Part shown: positions 25,601-40,066 of the stretch, piece by piece
Layout of the letters: each line of letters begins with the position of its first letter
Position numbering within the stretch: position 1 is the stretch's first letter
NCBI GenBank assembly: GCA_020891255.1
Contig: BQFW01000004.1
Coordinates: 868,001 to 932,000 of the forward strand
Length of the DNA stretch: 64,000 bases
Reading direction: 5' to 3'
DNA from: Entomortierella parvispora E1425
Lineage: Eukaryota; Fungi; Mortierellomycota
Translations under genes and position numbers: made by a program
The notes under the pieces: model-generated
Told to the model about the DNA's origin: nothing
The model's input: the letters and a program-made list of their open reading frames with translations, nothing else
Databases searched by the model: none

Positions 25601-28600
25601 TGTGGTTTTTTGGTGTGCTGGGCTGCGGTATGGTATGTGGTATGTTCAACGAGCGTTCCTCTAGGATGGCTGGACAATGGGTATATAGCGATGCAAAATG
25701 CGGACAAGGTGTGGAAAGAGAAGGACGAAGGAAGGAAGAAAAGGAAGAAAGATAGAAAAGGGAACGTAGAAAACGGCGAGACCGGATCGAAGAGTATTTA
25801 TGGCGAGAGCAGGCCTTGAATAGAGTATCCCTGGTCAAGTGGAAGGTGGAAAAAGTAGAAACGGATAGGTGTGTCTATGTGTGTGTGTGAGTGTGTGTGC
25901 GAGGGAAAGAGGAAGAGGGAAGAGGGGAGAGAGCGCGTGTGCGCGTGGTGGAGCAATGCAATTCAATCTGAGGGTGCAGAAGGGGAGACGATTGTATTGG
26001 CGGGCGTCGCTCTACGATGACACGATATTGTTTGGATCTTTGTCGATTTGTTTGTTCCGTGCTACCATGGAAAGACGTCTGTCTGTCTGTCCGCCAATTC
26101 TCTATCTCTTTATTCTCCTTTGGCTCGTTTTGGACCCGAACAAGGGCAGGGGCACGCCTGCTGGGCTGTCCCTCTCTTCTTCTGACGTTGGCCAGGGTCA
26201 GCAAAGAGAGTTGGCAGGGGACCTAGATCACCCTGGAGCAGAGCAGACATTCTCGTCGCACCATGGACTCCTCTGCCTATCTCCCTCCTCCCTCTCTCTC
26301 TCCTTTCTAGCCCTCCCTCGCCCCTTCTCCTGCACTGCTTGATTCTCCCCCCGTGGTGCAATGCCGTTGTCTTTTGGCCATCTCGGGATTGGCTTTCCCC
26401 TTCAATAGAGTTCATTCTCTACCGTGGATAATCCTGCTGCTGCTGAAAATAAAAAAGAGCCAAAGGGATAGAAGAACGGCAAAGCAGCCTGGTATGACCC
26501 CCTCCGAAAGACGAAAAATCCGAAAGGGCTACCGAGAGACATGAAAGAGAGACACGTCCAACAGTGTTGGCCGACCCCATGAACAAAAGTGCGTTTAAGG
26601 CTAGATCATCAGCATGGCACTGCAGGTCAGGTCAGGCTATCAAGGGAAAAAACAACAACAAGTGGGTCAAAACACAGTTTGAACACGACAGCTTGCAGCA
26701 TTCGCCATTCTGTCGAGATTTTCATACCTCCAAAACTGCCTCACTTCCTTCCACTGGGTCTGTATCTGTCTCCCATGTGTATCCAAGACTATAGCCATGC
26801 ATGTTCCACCTCTCTCCAGCATGAACGACAAGACAAACCACACGAACATCAAAGAGTAGTAACCAGCGACTGTCATGAGAAAAAGGAATCACCCGCGCTT
26901 CATTCGGCCTCTTGGATTCAAAGACAATAAAAATTCATATTCCGCAGCCATTCACCTCTGTCCAATGGACCGTGGACAGAGTCCCCTTTTCGATCGTTAT
27001 CGGATTCTACAAAAACCAACAGTAGACACCAAGAAGGATCCCATTCATTCATTTCGTTCTTCAGAACGGATTAGAAACTTTCATAGAGCCGAGAACAAGG
27101 GAGAAAAGAGGATGGATGCCCTCACCTTTCAGCAAAGAAGAAAGAAGCCCATTCCTCATCGAATAGCGGAAAAGATCGCGGCCCTGCAATTGAGCGTCTT
27201 TCTTTTTCTTTCGATCAGGGGCAAGGGGGCGAGGGGTTGGAGAGACCGAGAGAGGGTATTTGTCACTCTGTTGTTTTCTGTTGCGTGGTTGCTCTCAAAC
27301 TGTGTTTGGGTCAAGCCGAACTGTGTTTGGACCTCATCTCACAAAGTCCCTCACGTTTTCTCCATAGCCCTTCTTTTTTTTTTCTACTTTTTCGCTGTCC
27401 TTCCCCTCGCCCAACTCAACGGTGGATAGAATGCCCAACCTCGTGTTCCCTGTGTTGCCTTCCTGTGCTGCAGCAGGGCCAGACCTAGATCTCTGAGTTC
27501 CCCTGGCCCATTTTTTCCAGGCTCGACCAATCCGATCGCTCCCCCACGCCGATAGTGCAACAGCGACAAAAGATGTGCCACCCAGCAGAAGTGCTATGCA
27601 AGTATGCAAGGGAGATGCCAGAAGGGCTCGTCACTTCGCTCGCCGATGTCTTCTGTTGTCTTTCATATCTTCCTTGTCCTTTCTCTGATTTCTCTCGTCC
27701 GACTGGACTGGTCGTTCCCTGAACGTTTTTCTGCCTCTTTCCTTCTTCTCCCCTTCTCGTTCTCTTGCCCGCCTCTTCCCTTCCGTCTTGCTCTTCGTCT
27801 TTTCTATTCCTCTTCCCTGTCTCCTCTCTCTCTTGCTATTATTCCCTTGCGGTCCACCGTGAGTTACCATATTTATTACAGAGAGCAGTAGCCTTCGAGG
27901 AGGCCACTCAGCTCGCTACGAGCGCAATTCAAAACTTTCGAATGGTCATCTTGGGCAGCGCAAATACATTGCACGTACTAGATACTGGCCTCGCATCCGT
28001 CATAATTGGCAAGGGCACAAAGACCATTAAGTGTCGTAATCACCAACCTGCAGCTAGTGGGCGTAGCACGCCCGAGAACCGCCATCTCTCTTGAACTTTT
28101 GAGATTGAACGTGCGCCAAAGCGGCAGCCAGAAACAGAGCAATCAAGCTGAAAAGTGATAGCTTCATTCTCACAATTGAGTGGATATCGTCAAGTTTTAT
28201 TTGGCAGGTGTTCTTACAGATATTCCGTATTCATCTCCAAGGAGAAGAAACTCCTACATCTTTTTTGCCGTTCATTTTCATTTGTGTCGTCCTGGCCTCT
28301 CTTGAGCTTCAAGGAAGGATCAGGCAACTGAGCAGGCTGGCCAGACATATGTGCCGATCGACCCTGCGTCTGCACGAAAGTACAGGTGAGCCTTGTGTGC
28401 GTGCTATGGGGCCAAGGAATTTGTCAGAACAAAAAAAAAACATTGGCAAGTTATAAAATGCCTTTCAATGGGAGCCGAGTAGCGACCTTGGCGACTCTTA
28501 CAAGTGCTGCTCTTCGAAAGCTGCTCCAGACAGGCATCCTCCGATTTTTTTTCTGCCAAAGCTTGCAGCTGTGCTGCAATAGCCTGCTTCCTTTCTTTGA

Positions 28601-29431
28601 TCACTTTCTTGATTCTTTGAGTTGATTGCCTTCTTTTCGTTTTGTGTAACATGATTCTCGCTGGAAAGCAGAAAAAAAAGCTGATTTCCAGAGAGAATCA
28701 AAAAGTGATTCTCTTGGGCACACAAGAAAGGAGGGCGGCTAATGTTGTTGGCCTTGATGTCCGTATTCACTCTGAGTCTTCTCTCTGCCCAAAACACTTC
28801 CTCGAAATTCTGTAAAGTTTGTCTTGCCTAGTCTTCCGAATGTCGTCTGAACGAATAACGGCAGAAAAAAAAAATGCTGTCGCCAACTTCTGGTCGCTCA
28901 ATATGGATTCCTCGATGAAGTTTTCGGAAGGGACATGCTCCGCGGCTTGGCCTTTCAGTAAAAGACAGCGCAAGTGCCTGTAAGTGTTGTGAAAGTGGGG
29001 TTCATCGCTTAATAGAATGTCTAATGTTCAAACAATGAATTCATAAGAGCGGAAGCAAGGCTTGGGAAGGCCAAGGACGAAAATCCCATTCGGCAGAGCC
29101 ACGTAGTATATCGGCTGGAACCGAAGAAGCAGGGCTACTCCTCACGTAGTAGTGTCAAGTCTAGCTGAACCGTATCTTACCTTTCAAGTGACACAGAGCG
29201 ACGAACAAATGAAGAAGCGTACAGGGGGAAGAAAGAATGGGATGTGGATGTGGAATCGACTATCCAATATTGTTGGATATTTTTCATTGAATAAAATATA
29301 AATCAGATCTGGAATAAATACATCGAATAAAACACATCACGTGTTTATTTTTGGTGGCCAAAGAATAAAATAAACCGAGATCGCGCCTGCTTTGCATCAC
29401 AGCTTTGCATTCATCAAAGAACCGTCGACTC

Positions 29432-31726
29432 ATGTCATATCCAGGAGCAGGACAAGGACAAGGACAAGGACAGGGACAGGGACAGCAGGGGCAGAATCCC
29501 ACCTTCCCCCTCGGCATGTACCCTCAACCCATAGGATCACTCATGGCTGGACAATCCCCCCAAGCCCCTAGTACATCATCACCCTACATGACTTCTTCCA
29601 CCCCCACAATGTCGACCGTCAACAGCGGAATGCCCTACTCTTCACAACCCTCAATACCCCAGTATCCGTCCGCGTCATCAACACCAACATCTTCAGTGAC
29701 ACCCAACATCCAAGCGACCTCGACGTTGGGACCGGTCATGCTGAGCTCTCCGGCAACGGTTCTCCACCCCTCCACCTTCCCTGCTCCTTCGGGCCTCCCA
29801 CCACTACCAGTAACCCTCTCCAACACACCACCAGGAACTGCACCTCGGAAACAACTCGCTGCCGCAGCAGCAGCAGGTGCAGCCGCCGGATCTACCGGTT
29901 CTTCGGCTACTGCTGGAAAGTCTGGAAGACCAAAAGGACCTTATAAGAAGGCTGGCGCTACAGGAAAGCGAGGTGGCGCTGCAGGTGGTCGTGGAGGAAG
30001 AGGCGGTCGTGGTGGTGGCAGAGGTGGCCATACTGGCGGTGGAGGAAGAGATGGCGATGATTATATGGATGAAGATGCTAAAGGAAACAAGGACTCGGAC
30101 GACGACAATGACGAGGATCCTGAAGTCAGCATCGAGGAGCAGTTCATTTTGAGACTACCAGACGGACCCATGTGCGACCGGTTCAGAGAAAAGGTGATTG
30201 CTCGTGAGATTGACGAGACTGTCATCCTGCGGTTTAAAGGTAAACGGGACCACTCTTTTTTTTTTCTACATGGTTAGGACAAAACTTTTTTACTTTTTTT
30301 TATTGGATTCTAACAACTCTTTTTTTTTTCCTGTGGAATTGAAATCATCAGATCCAAGAAGAGGAACATTCATATTCGAAGGCCAACAACTTCCAACAAA
30401 ACTCGTGGATTTACCGACAATCATCGAGGCTCAAAAGACTCTGAACGGCAAGCAAATGTACAAAATTGCCGATATTTCTCAAATGTTGATTGTGGACCCC
30501 AACTTGGAGGACGGCATGATCAAAACCGAGAGCCAGTCCAACTTGACCGTCGCCTCAGCACAAACGGGACCCTCGTCAACCCTACCACCCCTCAAACAAA
30601 GCGAATACGTCTGGCCAGATGGATTGACCAACCCGTTAAAGAATGTCAGGAAGAGACGTTTCAGGAAACGTATCTCTAAAGTGGTAAGGGCCTTTTTGCA
30701 TGAAATATGTCTACTTACAGAAACCCCTGATTTTTTTTTTTTTTTTTTTTTTTTTTTGGCAAATGCTGACCGTACTAATTTGACTGTTTTTTCTACAATT
30801 TCTGAATAGGCGGTCGAAGGCGTTGAGAATGAGATTGAACGTTTGCTGCAGGAGGATGCAGAGGCAGAAGAAGTTATATACGAAATTCGTGAACAGGTCG
30901 ACGGACTGGACCGATACGATTCAGAGGATGGAGCCACCCCTGCACCTGACGAAGGCGGACGCCCACGGGCAGGCCAGAGCGATGTTGATATGGATGATCA
31001 AGAAATGATGGATATGGACGAGGAGGAAGAGGAAGAGGATGATGACTTGGACCTTTTGGCCGAGGATCTGGAGAGACAGATCGATGCAGGCGAGTCAGAA
31101 GAAGAAGGAACTCCTCAGCCTGGACAAGCACCTCAGCAACAACAAAAGCAGAGACAGCCATCGGGAGATCGCCAAGGATTGGGAATGTTTGGCGAGTCAT
31201 CGAAGGTCGCAGGAAGCATTGGACCTGGTAGCAGTGTTGCAGCAGCGCCATCATCTGCTGGTCAAGCAAAGACATCTGGTGACAAGGGCAAGGAACCACG
31301 TCGCGGAGATGATGAAGACGAGGATGAGGACGATGAGGATGATGAAGAGGACGATGAAGAGGAAGAGGACGACGATGACGATGATGATGACAGTGGCTCG
31401 GAGGAAGACGACGACGACGAGGAAGACGACCGGGAGAAGCTGCTCAAGGACGAGATCAAGGATCTCCACATCAAGGTGAAGGAGAGCGACGACAAGGTCC
31501 AATCCGCACCGAACGACCTCTTGAAGGTAAGAACGATGAACTTTCACTATGATTATATTGTGCTATTGATTGCTCTGTTGTTTGACCGAGATCTGACCCT
31601 TTTTTTTGCTTTTGCTGTATTTAGAGGAGATTCGGCACCATGCTGGAGAATCTACGCAAGGAGCTGGAGCTGAAGATGATGCAACTAGAAGAAGTCAAGG
31701 CGTCAAAGTCCAAGAAGAGCAAATAA
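29432..31726 (+). CDS. TAF7: TFIID subunit Taf7 (4 exons)
   Basis: TAFII55 N domain IEEQFILRL, LVDLPTIIEAQKT, YKIADISQML, PDGLTNPLKNVRKRRFRK; acidic C-terminal region. Confidence 0.93.
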
Positions 31727-32046
31727 AGAAGACGCGACCCTCCCGTCGATATCTAGCCATCCTATTGCATATGCTGGATGAATGCATGCAGAGTGAGAAA
31801 CTACGCTGCACTACAGACAAGGCAACAGGCGCACTGCATGCCACTGTGCATGGAAATAGCGTTGATCCACCGCTACAAAGAAGATCCCCGAGGACAGACA
31901 CACATCGCTCTGTCTCTGTGTGGCTCTCTTTTTCTTTTTTTTCTTTGTCCTCTCTCATCTCGCCTAATCCAAACAAACATCCCTTCCTTCTCTCCCTCCC
32001 ATCCTTCCCTCTTTCTATCCCTCCATCCCCTTCCATCCTCACAGCT

Positions 32047-33371
32047 ATGATCCTCAATCCACTCCAGAACCAGGTCGGAGGACACGATGGCGTCTTGTCC
32101 ATGGGCGAAGAAAACGAAATCATTGTCAAACCCTCCTTGCCTCAGGAACATCAGTTTTACGAGGAAACCGCCGCTCTGCACCCCGAGCTCGCCGCCTGGA
32201 TGCCCGTCTACTATGGCAGTCTGACCCTCGCTCGTCCAACGGCCGTCGACCCCACCTCGACCGCAGAGGCCGGTGGACCCACCATCAAGGCTTTGAACGG
32301 ATACGCGCTCACGGATCTCTTATCCTTTGAACAATCCACCTCGGATCTGATCCAAAAGGTCCAGGCTCAGTCCTTGACCGAGGAAGGCAACGAAGGCGAC
32401 AGGAAGGCAGAGGAGGGAGAAGATGCTGGAGAAAAGACCAAAGCTGAGGGCGAGGATGAATGTCTGTGTCTCGAGAATTTGTCCCATGGATTCAAAAAGC
32501 CCTGTGTGCTTGATCTCAAGTTGGGCACTCAGCTCTTTGACGACGATGCCACCGAGGAGAAGAAGGCTCGCTTGGGCGCTGTGTCCGCCAACACTACCAG
32601 CGGTTCCTTGGGTATCCGCTTGACTGGATTTCAGGTATTATTATTTTTCTTATGGACATCCAGGACAGGAACAAAAGATGGATTTTTTTTTTTTTTTTTT
32701 TTTTTTGTTTGCCCTTCAAATCTAATTTTTTTTTTTTTTTTTTTTTTTTTTTCCATGTCAACAAACAAACATAGATCTACGACAGTGAAAAGCAAGACTA
32801 TGTGAAATTCTCAAAGCAATACGGCAAATCCTTGACGACCGAGACGATTCTGGATGGATTCCGCTCTTATTTCTCGGCGCAATTGGGACCCAAGCGGATG
32901 CGTCTGGTCCTGGAGCGGTTCGTGAGCGACTTGACGGATTTCTTGAGCACGATCGAGGATTTGGAACTCAGGATGCGCTCCAGTTCCTTGTTGATGTTGT
33001 ACGAGGGAGATGCCGAGGCCTTTGATGAGGGTCTGCAAATGGAGGAGGAAAAGATTGCTGCGGTCGTGGAACGCGTCAAGGCGCATCAGTTGGCGGAGCA
33101 GGAAGCAGAGGATGCAGAGGGAGAGGAGAACCAGGATCAGGATGCGGAGGCTGCTGAGGAGAGTGAAGAGGACGAGGATGAGGAGGAGGACTATGACGAC
33201 GAGGACGATGAGGATGTCTCTCAAAAGGTCACGGATTTGCGCCTCATTGATTTCGCCCACTCGGCTTGGACTCCTGGCATGGGCCCTGATGAGGGTGTGA
33301 TCCTCGGTGTCAAGAGCACGTTGGCGCTGTTCGAGAGACTCCTGGAGGAGGACTACCCAGCCTCTGCTTGA
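32047..33371 (+). CDS. ARG82: Inositol polyphosphate multikinase (2 exons)
   Basis: QVGGH, PCVLDLKLG, SSLLMLYEG and LIDFAHS motifs of the IPK family. Confidence 0.88.
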
Positions 33372-33570
33372 ATTAGACCATAATATCCATACTAATACCA
33401 TATAGACCTTGACCTTATTCAAAAAAGAAAAAACATAAAAAGCAGAAATTCAATATTCAATGGATGACAAATCGTCTCTACTTTTTTTTATTCTATAATG
33501 GTATTGTTGTTGCTGTTGTTGTTCTTGTTGTTGGTTTTGGTTTTGGTTTCCACTATCCGTCTTTTCCGAT

Positions 33571-34218
33571 CTAATCGCATCGACCGTCAGCAGGACCATC
33601 TCTCCACCGTTCATCGACCTTGTCGCAGTCAAAGATTTCCTTGCCCAAGATCTCATTCACCTTGTTGTGCATCCCACACATCCAGTAACTCAATTCCTTG
33701 CGACTCGCAACTTTGGGCGGGTCAATCTTCATCTCTTCCCGCAAATGTTCTGCACAGGGCCCACACGGGTAGAATTGAGAAAAGGAGCCCAGAAGGGATT
33801 TCATGGTCGATTGTTCCTGGATCGACGGCCGATCGGGGTAATATGCTACCATCGTGTGCAAAAACGTCCAGGTCGCACGGCCGAGAATCTCCTTGTCGGC
33901 TGGGCATTCCTTTTCATAGTCAAAGGCTGCTGGGGTCGAGGCCGATGCTGCTGCTGCTGCTGCTGCCGCTCCTGCAACGCCTGCGGCTGCTGTTGTGGCC
34001 GTCGATCCCGAATCGGATCCAGAAGCGGTTTTGGCGGTGGACTCTTCTTTCTTGGCACCCTTGGCGGCTTTGCCAATCTTGCGCCAGCTCTTGATATCTG
34101 TGCAGGTACGGCAGGGCTTTCCATCAGGTCCGAGGACCATGCCCGGGGGAAGGGGTGTGGAAGCCGCGGACGAGGTGTCTGCGCTGCTGCTGGTGCTGGA
34201 GTGATCGGGTGCAGGCAT
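33571..34218 (-). CDS. ERV1: FAD-linked sulfhydryl oxidase Erv1/ALR
   Basis: N-terminal shuttle CRTC, then LGRATWTFLH, FYPCGPCA, WMCGMHNKVNEILGKEIFDC and ERWRDG. Confidence 0.95.
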   Translation of the reverse strand: MPAPDHSSTSSSADTSSAASTPLPPGMVLGPDGKPCRTCTDIKSWRKIGKAAKGAKKEESTAKTASGSDSGSTATTAAAGVAGAAAAAAAASASTPAAFDYEKECPADKEILGRATWTFLHTMVAYYPDRPSIQEQSTMKSLLGSFSQFYPCGPCAEHLREEMKIDPPKVASRKELSYWMCGMHNKVNEILGKEIFDCDKVDERWRDGPADGRCD

Positions 34219-34668
34219 CGTGGATAGACCTGTGGAATGTGAAGGAAGTGAAAAAAAGGTGGGATAAGAAAAGAGAAAAGAGGGTATGCTTTCTTGACTC
34301 TTGAAGACTGAAGAAAAGAAGAAACTGGGACGCAGGAAAGGGTCGCGTCTGACAGAGGTTCTTCGCGAAGGAATGCAAGAAAGGAATGGAAGGAATGAAG
34401 AAGAAAACTGAATGAATGACACCCTGGAAAAGGGAAGAAAGAAAAAAAAAAGGGCAGATCGGCGTGACTGCGGAAGACGTTCTTTTTTTTTTTTTTTCCT
34501 TTTCCTGTTCAAAGATCTGGTGCGTGTCCTTCAACGGCCGCTCTAACTTTTTTCTCTGTTTTTTATGATGCAAAACAATTGTGGGAAAGACTATGAACTC
34601 TATAGATTTGCGGGTTTTTTTGTGTTTTGTGTTTTGTTTTTTGTTGCTCCTTGGTCAAAGTCCGTTTT

Positions 34669-37600
34669 TTAGAACCTGGGTTTTTGCCACGCGTCCTGGG
34701 GAATGTTGGCACGTTCCTGATTCACAAGAGCCACGCCTGCTGTCACATCCCAGGCTACAGCTGTAAGACATTGAACAGAGTAAGGGTAGTTGAGTCCAGT
34801 GAGTTGCTGAAGCTCCTGTGCCTTGGCGTGCTGCTCGGCATTCTATTTCAAAAATCGACGATTTACATTGATAAGTGTCATAGAACGAATTATCAAACAT
34901 TAAAAAAATAAACCGTCAAAAGCCCAAGATAAAAGAAAACAAAACGACTAGACTTACAATGCCTGGCATAGGTGTTTGGGAAGGATCTGGTCCAGCTCCA
35001 ACATTGGGGGTTGCAGGGGGTTGCATATTAGGAGTTGGCATGTTGGGAGTTGGGGTGGCTGCAGGAGTCGAAGGGTCTGGCTCGGGTTGCCAGGCATCGC
35101 TGCCGCCATAAGTCCGGATGGTCAATTGATCCGTGATAATAAGACACTTCCATCCACGTGCAGCCGCTCTAAAGGTTCAGAAAAAACATAGGGGAATGTC
35201 AGCTAAACAGCAATCAGAATACATCGACAATTGACCGCAAAATGTATGCAAACGTACTGTGATGTAGGGGGGGCAGGAGCAATGATGAACGACCGATCAA
35301 ATGATTTCTGCTTGCCGTTGGACTGTGTGAACTCGCCATGGACCATGATGTAGATGCAAATGGCAGGGAGCAGTGTGCCCGTCTGCCAGGCGTCCACTCT
35401 TACTTTGGAAGCATCGCTCAGGTTGTGGGTCGTCTTTGGCAATGGCAAAAGTCCTTGCTTCACAATAGCGTCGTTTCCAACGTGGATCGTGTTGGTGCGC
35501 TGCTTAAGATCCTTGATCCGAGACAAGTTACGACCCTGGGGGTAGTCGACCCAACTGTCGTCATTCGGTCTGCCCTTTCCTTTCTGAACTGTCGCAGGCG
35601 CACGTACAGTGCTATAAGAGAACGTGGCACTGTTGTCGTACATGTGTTCCAGAGCGCTGCGATCCGAGTCGAACAATTGGAAAAAGCTAGCAGTAGATTA
35701 AAATGAAGCATATTAGCAATCATTCTCTGTGCAACCATGGGTTTTAAGTGTCTTTTGCAAAATTCAGAAACAAACAAAAAAAAACACTCCTACCTTGTCA
35801 GGAACTCGAGAACCAACGACTCGGTTCCAGGTGAATCGAAAAAGTTTCCTCGAACTGGTGCAGGAAGTCGCTGAGTAGCGGGCGTCGCACTCGAAGCAAC
35901 ATCTCCCAACCCAAAGGTAATCTTGGGTCCCACTGGAATTTGATCCAGAACCTGAATAGTCGGGAACATTTTGGTAACTCGACTCCTGTACTCGATGTCG
36001 TCCTTGTTCTTGGCGATATCCTGGTCGCGAATAGGATTGTCCAGTAAAATCAGCTCCCGCAGCATTGTTAGCTTCTTGGCTCCGCCCATCATTTCCAAGT
36101 CTCTGAAATTGGAAATCAAGTTGTTTTTGAAGGACAGGTTCTGGATGTTTGGGAAGAATCTGGTCACGGAGGCGATCGCTCTCAACGACCGCAGTTTGTT
36201 GGAGGCAAAGGAAATCGTTGTGGTCTATCAATAAAAATTAAACGTTAACATTTGCTTGCCCACCTCGTCACTACGCCATTGTGTAGACATGAAACGTAGG
36301 CACTACTTACCTCTGGGAAAAGCTCTGCAGCAACCTTCATAAACACGGCACCAACATCAAACTTTCCCTTCGCTGACCCTGGGGGGAGAATGGCAGCGGC
36401 ACGAAGAGTTGGATCAACGGCCATGTTCTCCAAGTCCAGAAATCCGTTGTTATAGCGGGATCGAATGAATGAGCGGATGGCATCAATAGTGCCAGTGCTT
36501 TGCTCCATGCTGCTGCTGCCTTTTTGGGCACTCTCTTCCAAGATCCTTTGATCTGCTGTGGTTTTGATAATGATCTACAAGATGAAGAAATTCCCAACAG
36601 TCAGTGACCAGCCGTGAGAAAAAAAAATATGAATGTGGAAAAGCTGTCAAGGCTTACCTTTTGGCCTTTGTATCGGATCCCGCTCAATGCCTTGAGAGCA
36701 CTTGCTTGTTGAAAGTTTGGCACATGGAAGGAAATTGAACTTCTATCCGCATTTGGTTTTTTCTGTTCGTTCAAAAAATGTTAGTCCTGGCAGACCATCT
36801 TTTCTCCTTCTTCCCTGACAATCACTGGCCACATCTTTGATACATACGTTGCTTGGCGTGATTTTGGCGGGTGATGCCTTTCGACTCAAAAAGTCGAGGA
36901 GTCCAGCGTCTGATCCCACACCCTTTCCGATGACCTGATAACCAAAAAAATTAAACAATCAGAAATTTCGCCCATGTTAGTCCAAAGCCTGGTTTCCACG
37001 CTGACAATCAAGACGGACTCCTGGGAGGATCAGAAGCTCTTACAAAAACGACAAGAGCGTCGTTGGAGTTTGAATCCGTAGTGACGACGGCATCGTTTCG
37101 ATTTCTTCCTGGTCGCTGGTAGGGAGAGCTACAAGGTGATAGATCGAGATCGGGTTAGCCTCGTTGTCACTATGGGTCCCGTTGATTAATATACTGATCG
37201 GCTTTGAAGCTCCTCATGGTAGACGGCTGCGGATATAGGCACTCTTTGCGTCAACGCATAAAAGAGGACAGGCCAAGCAATGATCGGACAAGATCGTATT
37301 ATAATATTACATTCCTAAATGCAAAAATGACTATGCGGAAAGGGGTATAATGTACAAAAGAGTGAAAGAAAGTGAGAGAGAGAGAAAGAGCAGATATACT
37401 TACAAGTTGGTCTTCTTATCGCCCATGTCCATATCTCCATCTCGGTCGCTACGACCACCACCGGGTGCAGGCAGGTGAGCTCCCGATCCACGCAGTCCTG
37501 AAGATCGCTTGCCACCACGTTTGCGGCCGTTGTCGCGCATAGGTCCGCCACCACCCCGACCTCCACCGCCACCGCCACCGCCGCCACCGCCATGGCCACC

Positions 37601-37705
37601 ACCGATGCCTCCAGTTGCGGCACGGCTACGGCCTGCTGCTGTAAAGAGTCCAGTCTCCTGGCTTCCCGTAACGCCTCCAACTGAGCTTCCTCCGCCGCGC
37701 TGCAT
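34669..37705 (-). CDS. MEX67: mRNA export factor Mex67/NXF1 (multi-exon)
   Basis: RGG-rich N-terminus, LRR region (SRYNNGFLDLENM, LSFKNNLI, ELILLDNPI), NTF2-like domain (YDNSATFS, VHGEF, SFDRSFII) and a TAP-C/UBA end (TGLNYPYSVQCL). Confidence 0.92.
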
Positions 37706-38236
37706 GACTTTTTGCGTTTATCGAATGTAAGAATGGAGGTGGAACAATACTGTCAATGTCAACCGAGGGTATGTGCAGTGAGAAAAAGCGTGATAAAAAA
37801 AGTAGGGTGGGCGAGGTAGGAATGAGGTGCGAAAAATAAATGAAGGAAAAGACGAGAGAAAGGAAGGGAAGGATGGGATGAATGCGCGAATGAATGAATG
37901 AATGAATGCAAGGTTGCATGGTTTTGTCCTTTCTCGAGTGGCCAAGCGGGACGGTGGCTTAGATGTTTGTGAGACAGACCGATGTGAGGCTGAGCACTTT
38001 TCGGCCCCTTGGGCGTCCTCATCCTTGGTCTTGTCGTGTCGGTCTTTGGGCAACCTTGCCAGATTGGATTGGGTAGGTTGGGTGTGCTACCCGCTCATCG
38101 ACTATCTCCTTGCTCTTTCCCTTTTTTTCTTGTTTTTTTTTGTTTGTTTGTTTGTTCGTTTGTTTGTTTGTTTATTTGACAATCCAGTGGACTCTGTGAC
38201 AGACGTCCACCTTTGTCCCTGTCCTTGAACAACGAT

Positions 38237-40066
38237 CTATGCGTAGTACTGCAGACTGGTCTTCTTCTTGGCCTGCACTTCAGCAATGCCCATCAAAAAG
38301 TCATCGTGGATCAACTGACTGGCACCACGACGCAACGCCAGCATACCAGCCTCCACACAGATAGCCTTGATTTGTGCTCCGTTGAATTCGTCGCAACTGC
38401 GTGCCAACTCGCCCCAGTTGACATCCTCTGACACGTTCATCTTTCGGCTGTGAATCTGCAAGATCTGGGCACGAGCCTCCTCATTTGGCACAGGGAACTC
38501 AATCTTTCTGTCCAAACGTCCTGAGCGCAGCAAGGCAGGATCCAAGATATCGATACGATTTGTTGCAGCAATAACCTGATCAGAGAGAATAACAAAAGGA
38601 CGTCAGTAAGCCATTCGGATCTGAATATCTGGCGGGCCAGGGATGCTAAATTGAAACCGCATTAAACATACCTTGATTCCATCATCACTGCTGAAACCAT
38701 CCAGCTGGTTCAAAAGCTCCAACATGGTTCTCTGGACTTCACGATCTCCCGTCTTGTCACTGTCGAAACGCTTAGTTCCAATGGCATCCAATTCGTCGAT
38801 AAAGATAATAGTTGGCTTTTTTGCCTTGGCGAGTTCGAATGCATCACGCACCATCTTTGCACCATCTCCAATAAACATCTGCACGAGCGAGGTGGCAGCG
38901 AGCTTCAAATAGGTGGCGTTCGTCTGGGCGGCACAAGCACGAGCCAAAAGAGTCTTTCCTGTTCCTGGAGGTCCATACATCAACACACCCTTGGGTGGCT
39001 TAATTCCCAAGTTCTTGAATCGCTCCGCGTGCGTCATCGGCAAAACAATGGCCTCGACCAACTCTTCAATTTGCTTCTCCAGACCTCCGATGTCGTTGTA
39101 GTGCTCTGTTGGTTTTTCATCGACCTCCATAGCCTTGACTCGAGAATCATATCTACCGTACCAGGAAATAAACTATTCGTTAGAAAATCCAATCTACAGT
39201 TCCTTAACATAGACCATGTAGGCTGTCCAAGGTGGAAAGGGGCATACTCAGTGGGAAGGGTATCGAGAACCAAGAAACTATCCTTGTTGACTCCAATGAG
39301 ATCGCCAGGCTTCAAGGTCGCAGGGTCTACCAATCCGATCAAGGGCAAGAAGATGGTCTAGAGATAGAGAATTCATTGAAGCGCTGTCAGACCAAGCACT
39401 TGGTAGGTATCAAGCCCAAGAGGTGATATCAGAAAGAGCAAAGAATCTTTCATACCTGTCTAGTTGAAGTCTTGATAACCGCGCATTTACCCTTCCTGTT
39501 TGCGTCCAAATCCATAGCGGCGCCATCCTCGTCCTCTTCGTCTTCGGGATCAATATCGAGCAACTAAACAAAAAACAAGGACGATTATATTTAGAGATCA
39601 ACTTCAAAAACGATGAACTACGCGTCATCTAGTTCGGCAATGATTAATCCAACGTTACCTCCACAACATTGCCAACAAGGTAAGGCAACTGCTTGTTCAT
39701 TTTGATCTTTTCTTTGTTCTCCTTGATCCGTTCTCTCATCGCCTGCTGTTCATATGCCAGACGCTTGTTTTCACTCTTCATGACCTATTGATTGAAAGAT
39801 AAGAACAAAAAATATTGACACGAGCGCGCGCACAAAGAAGGGAGTAAGTCTTCAGCCAGGAGTGACACATGGCACTAGAGTCCTGGGCGGCATTCGAAAA
39901 GAAAAAAGACTAATGCTTCGTCGTTGCATGCACGCACCTTGATGTCATTGTCGAGCAGTCGCGTCCTGTTAATAATCTCTTCTGTGTTGGCCTTCATGAT
40001 GTCAGCGCCCAAAACCTCCTCCTCGCCGGTGGTTTCCCAGAGGGACTTGTCTTCGAGTGTTGTCAT
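38237..40066 (-). CDS. RPT5: 26S proteasome AAA ATPase Rpt5 (PSMC3)
   Basis: [60 protein letters not shown] and [14 protein letters not shown]. Confidence 0.96.

Noticed and set aside
26000-29400. Short protein-like ORFs (e.g. 27765-28094, 28767-28973) between the bZIP and TAF7 genes
   Set aside because: No recognisable motif or coherent exon chain was found.
31606-32046. Long N-terminal extension of the IPK ORF shown in the track
   Set aside because: It runs through the TAF7 last exon and CT-rich UTR; the family-conserved start is ATG 32047.
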